Assembly (NCBI GenBank): GCA_963816355.1
Contig: CAWFKH010000003.1
Location: 416,001-480,000 of the forward strand
Direction: 5' to 3'
DNA from: an uncultured Gemmatimonadales bacterium
Lineage (GTDB): Bacteria; Gemmatimonadota; Gemmatimonadetes; Longimicrobiales; RSA9
Length of the DNA stretch: 64,000 nt
In this document: piece by piece, positions 8,350 through 16,688 of the stretch
Position numbering within the stretch: the stretch's first letter is position 1
Layout: each line of letters begins with the position of its first letter
Made by a program: the position numbers and the translations under genes
Notes under the pieces: model-generated
Seen by the model: only the letters and a program-made list of their open reading frames with translations
Databases searched by the model: none
What the model was told of the DNA's origin: nothing

Positions 8350-10128
8350 TCACACGGTCCCGGTGCCCTCCCCGCTGCCGCCGGCGCCGCGCGTGGCGAC
8401 GTAGGCGTCGAACTGCAGGTGGCGGCCCTTCTGCTTGCGGCAGAAGATGCCGATCGTCGAGCGCGGCTCGCCCACGCCGGTGTTGCCGCTCGGCCCCACG
8501 CCGCTGGCGCCGAAGGCCTCCCACTCGAGCGCGCTGTCGGTGCCGTCGTTCTCCTTGACCATGCCGCCGAGCACGGCGCGGCCGCGCCGGATCAGGGCGT
8601 CGTCCTTCGACCAGATCGACACGATCAGGTCGTACGGATTGGTGGCGAGCGCGAAGCGGAGGAAGTCGTCGAAGCCGTCCATGTACATCGTGCAGAGGAT
8701 CGGCTGGAACCATTCGGTGATGGCGGGCCGGAAGCGTCGCTCCCCCTTGCCGTCCCAGTCACAGACGAGCTCCGTCTCGGGCGTGATCGGCCCCATGATG
8801 AGGGGGCGGACTACCTCCGCGTGCGCCGCGTACTCGCCCTCGGTGACGCGCCCGCCCTCGCGGATCAGGCCGACGCCGGCGCGGCGCGCCGCCTCCTGAA
8901 TGTTGGTGGTCGTCTGCGCCGTGTGGACCATGAGCGGTCCGACGACGAGCGTCTCGTCGTCGCCCGCGATGCGCGGGTCGCGCACCTGCCAGGCGTCGAA
9001 GCGTCGATCGATGAGGCGCGCCAGCGCGTCGATCGTCTCGCGTGGCCCGCAGATGCCGTGCAGCGTCGAGCATTTGTGCGAGGAGAAGCCGAGCTTCGAG
9101 TACGCGAGGCGGGTCGCGATGCGCTCGAGCTCGGCGTCGTCGAAGCCGTCGTCGACGTAGGCCCAGTTCACGCCGCCGCCTTCGAAGACGAGCTTGCCGA
9201 GGCCGCGCCCGTTCTGGATGGCGAGCGCGGTCTGATCGGAGCCGGTCACGCTGACCACCTTCACGCGCCGGTCCGTCGCGAGGGAGGCGATCCCCTTGCC
9301 GAAGCCCTCGATCTTCTGCACCGCGCGGGGATCGGCGCCGGCGGCGACGAGCGCGCGGATGAGCGTCGTATTGGTGATCGCGGCGTCCGGGTGCCCCTTG
9401 AAGACGAGGGGCGAGCCGGCGATGTAGCAGCCGACGATCTGGATCACGGGGATGCCGTAGATGAAGTTCATCGGCGTGATCGCCGCGCAGACGCCGGCGG
9501 GGATGTAGTCCGTCTTCCAGTAGTCGTGGCCGCCGATGAGCGCGGGCAGCTGGGTCCCCTGCATGGCGATCTCGGCGCTCCCCTCGAGGTGGTCCGCGGC
9601 GCGCCGCGCCTCCCAGAAGTCCTTTTCCGCCTCCAGCCGCGTCTTCGGGATCTGGTGTCGGATCTCGGCGAGGCACTCCTCGCGGAAGTAGCCGAGGATG
9701 CGGGAGAAGTTCTTCACCACCCACTTGCGATAGGTGACCACCTCGTCGGCCCACTCGAGCGACAGCCAGTACGCCTGCGCCACGTCGAGCGCCGCGCCCA
9801 CGTCGTCGGCGTCCGAGGCGGGGATCTCGCATAGACTCACGCGGCGATCGAACTTGGCCGGCATCGCCGCCGAGCGCTTCGCCTCGCGCCACTCGCCGCC
9901 GATCAGGTTGCGGATGGCCACCGGCGCGTCGTCCTCCGTCTCCGGGAGGCGGTCGTAGCAGAAGACATAGGAGCGCAGCGCCTCGATCTCCTCCTCGGAA
10001 AGGAGCGGCGTGAAGAGGGACCAGCCGGCGCGTCGCTCGGCGTACCGGCGCGCGAGGGGGTCGGGGCCGACCTGACCCTCCACGTTGAAGCGCTCGATGT
10101 CGCGCGTGATCTCCGAAAGGTCCAGCAT
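8350..10128 (-). CDS. Divergent aldehyde dehydrogenase family protein with an N-terminal extension
   Basis: NLIGGEW, ITPMNF, VTGS, FEGGG (catalytic Glu), SSHKCS (catalytic Cys), TEWFQP. Confidence 0.85.
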   Translation of the reverse strand: MLDLSEITRDIERFNVEGQVGPDPLARRYAERRAGWSLFTPLLSEEEIEALRSYVFCYDRLPETEDDAPVAIRNLIGGEWREAKRSAAMPAKFDRRVSLCEIPASDADDVGAALDVAQAYWLSLEWADEVVTYRKWVVKNFSRILGYFREECLAEIRHQIPKTRLEAEKDFWEARRAADHLEGSAEIAMQGTQLPALIGGHDYWKTDYIPAGVCAAITPMNFIYGIPVIQIVGCYIAGSPLVFKGHPDAAITNTTLIRALVAAGADPRAVQKIEGFGKGIASLATDRRVKVVSVTGSDQTALAIQNGRGLGKLVFEGGGVNWAYVDDGFDDAELERIATRLAYSKLGFSSHKCSTLHGICGPRETIDALARLIDRRFDAWQVRDPRIAGDDETLVVGPLMVHTAQTTTNIQEAARRAGVGLIREGGRVTEGEYAAHAEVVRPLIMGPITPETELVCDWDGKGERRFRPAITEWFQPILCTMYMDGFDDFLRFALATNPYDLIVSIWSKDDALIRRGRAVLGGMVKENDGTDSALEWEAFGASGVGPSGNTGVGEPRSTIGIFCRKQKGRHLQFDAYVATRGAGGSGEGTGTV

Positions 10129-10275
10129 TCAGTGCCTCGCTCGTTTCAGGGGCTTCGGGGCCGGAAATCGGCCCGCACGGCCATCACGAATGGCGGCTAA
10201 GTTGCGGTGGCGCGGTGCGGCCCGGCAAGTCGGGGCGGGAGGCTCGCGCGGCGCCGATCGGGGGGATCCTCTCGG

Positions 10276-10305
10276 TTGACTGGGGGTACCGGCGGCGGGT
10301 AGATT
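10276..10305 (+). promoter_or_regulatory. Sigma70-like promoter for the nifU-mrp cluster
   Basis: TTGACT-N18-TAGATT. Confidence 0.6.
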
Positions 10306-10351
10306 TTTCCGTGGGCCGAGGCGGGATGGCCCGACCGGCGAGCGAGGAGCG

Positions 10352-10579
10352 ATGACGGGGCGCGAGAAGATCGAAGCCGTGCTTACGAGCATCCGCCCGG
10401 CCCTCAACCAGGACGGCGGCGACGTCGAGCTGGTCGACTACGACGCGGACGGCGTCGTGCGCCTGCGGCTCGTCGGCGTCTGCGGCTCCTGCCCGATCTC
10501 GTCCGTCACGCTGAAGCAGGGGATCGAGCGGCGCCTGATGACCGCGGTGCCAGAGATCACGGCGGTCCAGGCGATCTGA
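10352..10579 (+). CDS. NifU C-terminal / NfuA-like Fe-S carrier
   Basis: IRPALNQDGGDVELV; LVGVCGSCPISSVTLKQGIE (CxxC). Confidence 0.93.
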   Translation: MTGREKIEAVLTSIRPALNQDGGDVELVDYDADGVVRLRLVGVCGSCPISSVTLKQGIERRLMTAVPEITAVQAI

Positions 10580-10607
10580 GGCGCCGGGGCGCGTCCCCCA
10601 GGTGGTC

Positions 10608-10641
10608 ACGGCCGACGCCCCCCGGCGCCGGCCGTTTTGTT
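10608..10641 (+). terminator. Intrinsic terminator-like hairpin between nifU and mrp
   Basis: ACGGCCGACGCC-CCCC-GGCGCCGGCCGT stem (11 of 12 pairs) followed by TTTGTT. Confidence 0.55.
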
Positions 10642-10690
10642 CGCGCCGTGCGTCGGCCCGGCGAACTCGGGACGCCAACGAGGGGAAGAG

Positions 10691-11815
10691 ATGAGCGAGG
10701 ATCGCGAGGATCTGCTGCAGCGCGTGAGCCTGGCGCTCTCGAAGGTGCGCAACGCGCGCACGGGGGCGGATGTCGTTTCCGGCTCGCAGGTGCAGGGGCT
10801 GGACCTCGAGGCGGATGGGACGGTGCGCTTCCAGTTCGTGCTGCGCCCGGACGACGAGGGCACCCTCGTGCGCGAAGCGCGGCGGGCGGCCGAGGCGGTC
10901 GAAGGCGTCGTGCGCGTGAAGGTGGACGTGAAGCTGCCGCAGTCCGCGCGTTCCGAGCGGCCGCGGCCGCCGCGCGGTGCGGCGCGCGCGGGCACCGTCC
11001 CGGCGCCGACCCCCCAGGGCCGCCTGCGGGAAGGTCTCAAGCGGATCGTCGCGGTGAGCTCGGGCAAGGGGGGCGTGGGAAAGTCGACGGTCGCCGCGAA
11101 CGTCGCCGTCGCGCTCGCGGCGGAGGGACACGCCGTCGGCCTCCTCGACGCGGACATCTACGGCCCCGACATCCCGCTCATGTTCGGCGAGTCCGGGCGC
11201 CCCCGCGTCACCGGGGAGCGCGGCGCGGAGAAGATCGTTCCGCTCGTCGCGCACGGCGTGAAGCTGATGAGTCTGGGCTTTCTGCTCGACCCGGACCAGC
11301 CGGCGATCATGCGAGGTCCGCTCATCGCCGGCATCCTGAAGCAGTTCCTCGAGCAGGTCGAGTGGGGCGAGCTGGACTACCTCGTGGTCGACATGCCTCC
11401 CGGCACCGGCGACGCCCAGTTGTCGCTGGTCCAGACGATCGAGATCGACGGCGCCGTCATGGTCACCACGCCCCAGGCGGTCTCGACCAGCGATGTCCGC
11501 CGCGCCGTGCGCATGTTCGAGCGCACGAACACGCGCGTGCTCGGCGTCGTCGAGAACATGAGCGGCCTCGAGTGCCCGCATTGCCACGGTCACATCGACG
11601 TCTTCGGCGCGCACGGCGGACGCGCGCTCGCCGAGGAGCTGGAGATCCCCTTCCTCGGCGAGGTGCCGCTCGACCCGGCCGTGCGCGTCTCCGGCGACGC
11701 CGGCGCCCCGACCGTCGTTGCGGCCGCCGACTCCGCCGCCGGGCGCGCCTTCGCCGCCGCGGCCCGTGAGGTCGCGCGGCTGGTCGAGTCGCCGGTGGGC
11801 GCGGGCGCGGGATGA
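10691..11815 (+). CDS. mrp: Mrp/NBP35 (ApbC) Fe-S cluster carrier ATPase with an N-terminal DUF59-like domain
   Basis: SGKGGVGKST, DADIYGP, DMPPGTGD, VTTPQ, ENMSGLECPHC. Confidence 0.95.
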   Translation: MSEDREDLLQRVSLALSKVRNARTGADVVSGSQVQGLDLEADGTVRFQFVLRPDDEGTLVREARRAAEAVEGVVRVKVDVKLPQSARSERPRPPRGAARAGTVPAPTPQGRLREGLKRIVAVSSGKGGVGKSTVAANVAVALAAEGHAVGLLDADIYGPDIPLMFGESGRPRVTGERGAEKIVPLVAHGVKLMSLGFLLDPDQPAIMRGPLIAGILKQFLEQVEWGELDYLVVDMPPGTGDAQLSLVQTIEIDGAVMVTTPQAVSTSDVRRAVRMFERTNTRVLGVVENMSGLECPHCHGHIDVFGAHGGRALAEELEIPFLGEVPLDPAVRVSGDAGAPTVVAAADSAAGRAFAAAAREVARLVESPVGAGAG

Positions 11816-12039
11816 GTCCGCGACCGCGGCGGCCCCCTCCCGCCACCGAAGCGATCCGCGGGATGCGCATCGAGGTGCTCGTCCGGGACTACCCGGAGAC
11901 GCTCGCCCTCCTCGACGCCGCCGGCATCGACGTGCGGGCGCGGGCGCCGGCGACGCTCGCGACGGCCGCGGACGGCGACGCGCTCGACGCGCTGACGCGC
12001 CGCGTCGGCGAACGTCTCGCCTGGCGGGCGGAACCGTGA
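11812..12039 (+). CDS. Small protein resembling the DUF1858 / ScdA(RIC) N-terminal domain
   Basis: 4-nt overlaps with both neighbours; IEVLVRDYPETLALLDAAGID. Confidence 0.65.
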   Translation: MSPRPRRPPPATEAIRGMRIEVLVRDYPETLALLDAAGIDVRARAPATLATAADGDALDALTRRVGERLAWRAEP

Positions 12040-12818
12040 ACGCGTCCCGCGTCACGCTGCTCACCGACTTCGGCACCGCGGACGGCTACGTGGGCGCGAT
12101 GAAGGCGGTGATCGCCTCCATCACGCCGCTCGCGGCGGTCGACGACGTCGCGCACGACATCACACCGGGAGACGTCGCGGGGGCCGCCCTCGCGCTGCGC
12201 CGCTACTGGCGCATCTATCCCGCCGGCACGGTCCACATCGTGGTGATCGACCCGGGCGTCGGCAGCGCGCGGCGTGCGCTGGCGCTCGAGGCGGACGAGC
12301 GGTTGTTCGTCGGACCGGACAACGGCGTCTTCTCCCAGGTGCTGCGGGAGGCACCCTCGTGGCGCGCCGTGGCTCTGACCGAGACGGAGTATTTCCGGGA
12401 GCGCGTGTCGGCGACGTTCCACGGCCGCGACGTCTTCGCGCCGGTCGCGGCACACCTCGCGCGCGGGGTCGCGCTGCAGCGCTTCGGTCCGGCGGTCGAG
12501 AATCCGACGCGACTGGTCTGGCCGGAGCCGGTGCGCGATGCGAGCGGCGTCTCCGGCGCGGTGATGCACGCCGATCGCTTCGGCAACCTGGTGACGAACA
12601 TTCCCGCGGCGTGGTACGCGCCGGGACTGCTCGTGTGGGTCGGTGGCCGGACCGCCGGCCCGCTGCGCCGCACGTACGCGGACGTCGAGCCGGGCGAGCT
12701 TCTGGCTCTCGTCGGCTCCACGGGGCTGGTCGAGGTGTCGGTACGCGATGGCAGCGCGGCGGAGGTGCTCGAGGCGGAGCGCGGCACCCCCGTGCGCGTG
12801 GCGAGGGAAGAGGCCTAG
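12036..12818 (+). CDS. SAM hydroxide adenosyltransferase (DUF62; chlorinase/fluorinase family)
   Basis: TLLTDFG, VIDPGVGSARR, GPDNG, ATFHGRDVFAP, DRFGNLVTNI. Confidence 0.93.
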   Translation: MNASRVTLLTDFGTADGYVGAMKAVIASITPLAAVDDVAHDITPGDVAGAALALRRYWRIYPAGTVHIVVIDPGVGSARRALALEADERLFVGPDNGVFSQVLREAPSWRAVALTETEYFRERVSATFHGRDVFAPVAAHLARGVALQRFGPAVENPTRLVWPEPVRDASGVSGAVMHADRFGNLVTNIPAAWYAPGLLVWVGGRTAGPLRRTYADVEPGELLALVGSTGLVEVSVRDGSAAEVLEAERGTPVRVAREEA

Positions 12819-12843
12819 ACGGGTCCTGGGCGGTCGCGCGGGC

Positions 12844-13068
12844 TCAGAGGTCCAGATCCGCTCCCGAGCCGCCGGTGTGCTGCCGACGCGGCGCCAGGAA
12901 GCGCACGATCAGGTAGCCGAGCGCGACGATCGGCACGATGCGGAACAGCAGGATCCCGGCCAGTCCGAGCGCGGCCTTGAGGAAGACGCCAATGCAGGCG
13001 AGAAGCACGCCGAGCACGACGAGGCCCACGAGGCCGACGAGGAAGAAGGTCACGAGCGCCGCGATCAT
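12844..13068 (-). CDS. Small 2-TM membrane protein, last gene of the ECF operon
   Basis: AGGAG RBS; hydrophobic 74-aa ORF. Confidence 0.75.
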   Translation of the reverse strand: MIAALVTFFLVGLVGLVVLGVLLACIGVFLKAALGLAGILLFRIVPIVALGYLIVRFLAPRRQHTGGSGADLDL

Positions 13069-13083
13069 GGTGAGCTCCTGTGG

Positions 13084-13950
13084 CTACGAGGTCCAGACGA
13101 TGTTGACCGCCCCGAAGGCGGAGTCGATGTCCAGCTCGAGGTGGTGGTCGGCGTCCGCCCAGTCGCTCGAGTAGTACGTGCCGCCCCGCTTCGTGAAGCC
13201 CTCGCTGTCGAACGACGCGAGAAAACCCGACTTGTTCACCCGCACGCCGATCCCGCGCGGGATGCGCAACGTGATCGAGCCGACGCCCATCTGCACGTTC
13301 GCCTGCAGGTCCTCGCGCCAGTCGCCGCCGAAGTCCAGCGTCACGTCCGACACGCCGCCCTGCACGTCCAGCCGCGCGGCGTTCGCGTTGGCGAGATCCC
13401 TCGCCACGAACGACGCGGCACCGATCTTCAGCTCGAGCGATTCCATGCGCACCGGATTCGGCCGCGAGAAGCGCATCGACGTCTCGCTCGCCCCGGTCGA
13501 CACCTGAGCCCTGCGGATGCGGAGCCCGCCGAGCTCGAGGTCGGCCTCCACCGCGCCGAACTTCAGGTCAAGGTCGAGAGGGGTGCCGGAGCCGAGCTCG
13601 AGGTCGAGCCGCCCCGACTCGTGGTTCTTGACCTTGATCCCCTTCCGGCCGCCGTCGAGCCCGATGCGGAGCGTCCCGGCGTCGTAGCGTGTCACGGGGC
13701 TGAAGACGCTGGCGTCGTAGCGGAGCTGCGCCTTGTAGAGGAGGTCGGCCGCGCCGGGCCGCACCTTGAGCTGACCAGCGCCGTACTCGAGCTCCACGTG
13801 CATCGCGTCCTCGCCGGACGCGCGCCGCATCGCGGTGACGGTGCGCCAGTCCTGGGCGGCCGCCGGCGTTGCCGCGAGGCCGAGCAGTGCGGCCGCGAGG
13901 AGCGCGGCGGCCGCCGTCGCCCCGGCGCCCGTTCGGTAGGGACTAGGCAT
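13084..13950 (-). CDS. Exported beta-solenoid-like protein (DUF2154/LiaF 'toast-rack'-like)
   Basis: Signal peptide ending AAAQ; repeated units LKFGAVEADLEL, LKIGAASF, VQGGVSDVTL, VQMGVGSITLRIP. Confidence 0.75.
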   Translation of the reverse strand: MPSPYRTGAGATAAAALLAAALLGLAATPAAAQDWRTVTAMRRASGEDAMHVELEYGAGQLKVRPGAADLLYKAQLRYDASVFSPVTRYDAGTLRIGLDGGRKGIKVKNHESGRLDLELGSGTPLDLDLKFGAVEADLELGGLRIRRAQVSTGASETSMRFSRPNPVRMESLELKIGAASFVARDLANANAARLDVQGGVSDVTLDFGGDWREDLQANVQMGVGSITLRIPRGIGVRVNKSGFLASFDSEGFTKRGGTYYSSDWADADHHLELDIDSAFGAVNIVWTS

Positions 13951-15232
13951 GGGGACCCGACTCGTAGAGGGGGATCTCTTCCGACTCGAGGCCGCTGCGT
14001 CGCGCGAGCGGCCGCGTGCCGCCCCGCGACAGCAGGATCGCGCCAAAGCCGATCGTGAGCGCCGCCCACGTCAGCACGCCGCCGAGGAACATCAGGATCC
14101 CGCGCACGAAGCCGAGCCACGGTCCCGCGATCTGGACGACGTGGCCCGCGACGAAGAGCGCGAGCAGCAGCCCCAGCCCGGTCATCAGGTAGTAGTACGA
14201 GTTGCCGCGGCTGAACCAGTCGCTTCCCTCCAGCCGGCGCTCGGCCAGCGCCTCGCCCGCCGCGTGGCCCACCGCGAGGTAGCCGAAGAGCACGGCCACC
14301 GCGACGGCCACCGGGAAGAGCGGGATCCACGCGATCAGCAGGGGGATCCCGACGATCGAGATGGCGAGGCCGATGATGCCGAGGATGAACACCGGCAGCG
14401 CGAGGAAGGAGCCGGCGAGGCCGACCGCCCACGAGCGCATCGTGTGGTGGCGCGCGGTGTCGGCCACGCCCTCGAGGTAGCGGCGGCCGAAGAAGACGGC
14501 GGCGAAGCCGAGGCCGAGCAGCACGGCGTAGAGCGCGAGCGTCGCGAGGACGCCGGTGAAGCCGCGCCCGATGTAGCGCAGCGGCCGGCTCCAGTCGGAG
14601 CCGCGGTCGCGGACGGCGACGGCGCGCGAGGTGCGGCGGCTCTCGAGGTCCTGCACCATGGACTCGAGCTCGTCGATGCGGCTCTGCAGCCGCACCACGC
14701 GCTCGTCGCCGGTGCCGGCGATCGAATCGGCCGCGCGGACGGCGGCGACCTCGCCCTTGAGCAGGGCGGACTCGAGGGCGATGTCGAGTTGCTTGCCGAC
14801 GTCGCTGCCGCCGGGCGCCGACCAGCCGACGAGCATCGCGCGGAGCCCGTCGTTGGGCGTGTCCATCGCCGCGTTCAGGAGATCGCGCCAGCTGCGGTCG
14901 AGCGCATCGCCGCGCTCGTAGGAGCCGATGCGGTCGCCGCCCACGAGGACGTCGCCATCCTTCAGCTCGAGGTGCAGCTTTCGTCCGCCGGCGAGCTCCA
15001 GCGTGAGCGAGGCGTCGTCGCGCGAGAGGTCCACCTCGCTCGCCTGGATCGCGTCCAGGTCCGCGGCCTGTTTCGGCGCGTCTGGGGCGGCGACGGCGGG
15101 GGCGCTCGGCGGCGACGCCGGCGCCTTCGGGGCGCCGGCCTGCGCGAGGAGGCTTCCCGGCAGGAGGAGGCCGAGCGCCAGCGCGAACGCGGCGGGCCGG
15201 CGCATCGTCGGATCAGAAGCTGAATGTCGCAT
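13943..15232 (-). CDS. Exported and multi-TM hypothetical protein with a coiled coil
   Basis: Signal peptide (alternative start 15205); coiled coil LQSRIDELESMVQDLE; five C-terminal TM helices with SIVGIPLL; overlaps both neighbours. Confidence 0.8.
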   Translation of the reverse strand: MRHSASDPTMRRPAAFALALGLLLPGSLLAQAGAPKAPASPPSAPAVAAPDAPKQAADLDAIQASEVDLSRDDASLTLELAGGRKLHLELKDGDVLVGGDRIGSYERGDALDRSWRDLLNAAMDTPNDGLRAMLVGWSAPGGSDVGKQLDIALESALLKGEVAAVRAADSIAGTGDERVVRLQSRIDELESMVQDLESRRTSRAVAVRDRGSDWSRPLRYIGRGFTGVLATLALYAVLLGLGFAAVFFGRRYLEGVADTARHHTMRSWAVGLAGSFLALPVFILGIIGLAISIVGIPLLIAWIPLFPVAVAVAVLFGYLAVGHAAGEALAERRLEGSDWFSRGNSYYYLMTGLGLLLALFVAGHVVQIAGPWLGFVRGILMFLGGVLTWAALTIGFGAILLSRGGTRPLARRSGLESEEIPLYESGPHA

Positions 15233-15857
15233 AATGCTCATCCCGCCTAGGGGTGCGGAACAGGTTGCGGTAGAGGACCCACGCCGAAGCAATGGTCAGT
15301 GTCGCGAAGAGAGCGGCGGCCGCGCCGATCGGGCCCGCGCCGCGCACCGAGAGCGCGTTCAGGGCGTCCGCGATCCAGACGCCGGCCGCGCTGTGACTCA
15401 CGAGGTCGAACGCGCGGGCGGGCAGCACGGCGAACGCGGCCATCACCTGGCGGGTCCCGAAGGAGAACAATCCCTGAACCGTGATCCAGGGGCGGGTCAG
15501 CACCCACGCCAGGATCGCCGAGAGGCCGAGCGTCGGCAGGCCGAGCATCGCGGCGACGAGGGTCCACGCGCGCCGCGTCTTCGGCACCACGCGATCGGCC
15601 AGGGCGAGCGCGCGGGCTCCGAGCGGCTGCTGGATCCGGACGGACGCCATCACGCGGTCCGCGAAGCCGGCCGCGGGCTCGAGCTCCGGCAGATCTGCGA
15701 GCGCGCTGAAGAGCGTGCGCCATTCCTCTACCTCCGCCCGGCAGCGCGCGCAGGCGAGCAGATGCGACTCGACGATCGCGGCGTCGCTCGCCGCGTGTTC
15801 GCCGGCCGCATAGGCCTCCAGCCGCTCCGGCTCCGGGTGGATATAGGTTTCGGACAC
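15213..15857 (-). CDS. Zinc-finger (zf-HC2) transmembrane anti-sigma factor
   Basis: HPEPERL...ESHLLACARC (HxxxCxxC); PAAGFADRVM; TM helices. Confidence 0.9.
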   Translation of the reverse strand: MSETYIHPEPERLEAYAAGEHAASDAAIVESHLLACARCRAEVEEWRTLFSALADLPELEPAAGFADRVMASVRIQQPLGARALALADRVVPKTRRAWTLVAAMLGLPTLGLSAILAWVLTRPWITVQGLFSFGTRQVMAAFAVLPARAFDLVSHSAAGVWIADALNALSVRGAGPIGAAAALFATLTIASAWVLYRNLFRTPRRDEHYATFSF

Positions 15858-15894
15858 CTTGAATCGCTCCGTGGTCCCGTGTTTCGCTATCCTG

Positions 15895-15924
15895 CCCTAC
15901 GCAGGGCAGGCCGCCGCGGTTTCA
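15895..15924 (-). promoter_or_regulatory. Internal ECF (SigW-type) promoter upstream of the anti-sigma gene
   Basis: TGAAAC(15924-15919)-N17-CGTAGGG; the TGA of the -35 box is the stop codon of the sigma gene. Confidence 0.65.
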
Positions 15925-16512
15925 ACATCGAAGGTGCTCGAGCCGCTCGCGCAGCTCGAGCCTACCCCTGTGGATGAAGGTCTTCACGGTGCCGAGAGGC
16001 ACGTCCATGATCTCGGCGATCTCCTCGTACGGTCGACCCTCCACGTGGCGGAGCACGATCGCCGTCCGGTAGTCGTCGCGAAGCTCCGCGATCGCCGCCT
16101 CGATCTCACTGCCGAGCTCGCGTCCCTCCACGAACGCCTCCGGCGTGGGCTCGTCGGACGCGACGATCGGCGCGCGTGCCGCCGCTTCCTCGCCGTCGCG
16201 AACGTGCGGCGAGCCGTCCAGCGAGAGCGTGGGCAGCTCCTTCCGCCGCAGGTCGTCGAGCGCCGTGTTGTGCGCGATCTTGAAGATCCAGGAACTGAAC
16301 TTGAACTGCGGTTTGTACCGGCCGATGTTGTTGAGGACCTTGACGAACGTGTCCTGCGCCAGGTCCTCCGCCTTCTCACGGTCGCGCACGAGCCGGTAGA
16401 TCAGGGAGAATACGGGACGCTCGTACCGGCGAATCAACTCGCGGTACGCCTTCTCGCTCCCGGCTTCGGCCCGGGCAACGATGTCCTGGTCGGTGAGCTG
16501 GCTCAGGTCCAC
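15922..16512 (-). CDS. ECF RNA polymerase sigma factor (SigW/RpoE-like)
   Basis: AEDLAQDTFVK, FSSWIFKIAHN, YEEIAEIMDVPLGTVKTFIHRGR. Confidence 0.95.
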   Translation of the reverse strand: MDLSQLTDQDIVARAEAGSEKAYRELIRRYERPVFSLIYRLVRDREKAEDLAQDTFVKVLNNIGRYKPQFKFSSWIFKIAHNTALDDLRRKELPTLSLDGSPHVRDGEEAAARAPIVASDEPTPEAFVEGRELGSEIEAAIAELRDDYRTAIVLRHVEGRPYEEIAEIMDVPLGTVKTFIHRGRLELRERLEHLRC

Positions 16513-16552
16513 GTCTTCGGGGGTGCGCGCAAAGGCCTGTACCGTTGGTCGA

Positions 16553-16582
16553 CCCTACGGGAGCCGACGATCCCGGGTTTCA
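16553..16582 (-). promoter_or_regulatory. Autoregulatory ECF promoter
   Basis: TGAAAC(16582-16577)-N17-CGTAGGG, about 40 nt upstream of the sigma GTG start; close to the B. subtilis SigW consensus TGAAAC-N16/17-CGTA. Confidence 0.72.
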
Positions 16583-16688
16583 GAACGGGACTCCGCCGCG
16601 CCGGCCCGTCGCGGGCCGGACTTGAAGCGGAGCCCCCCGGCGGCATACCTTCGGCGGTCGCGTGTCCCCACCTCCCTCGAGCGAAGCG

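Noticed and set aside
12036..12818. Fluorinase/chlorinase (halometabolite pathway)
   Set aside because: The TFHGRD and DPGVG..R residues indicate the hydrolase type, and there is no biosynthetic cluster context
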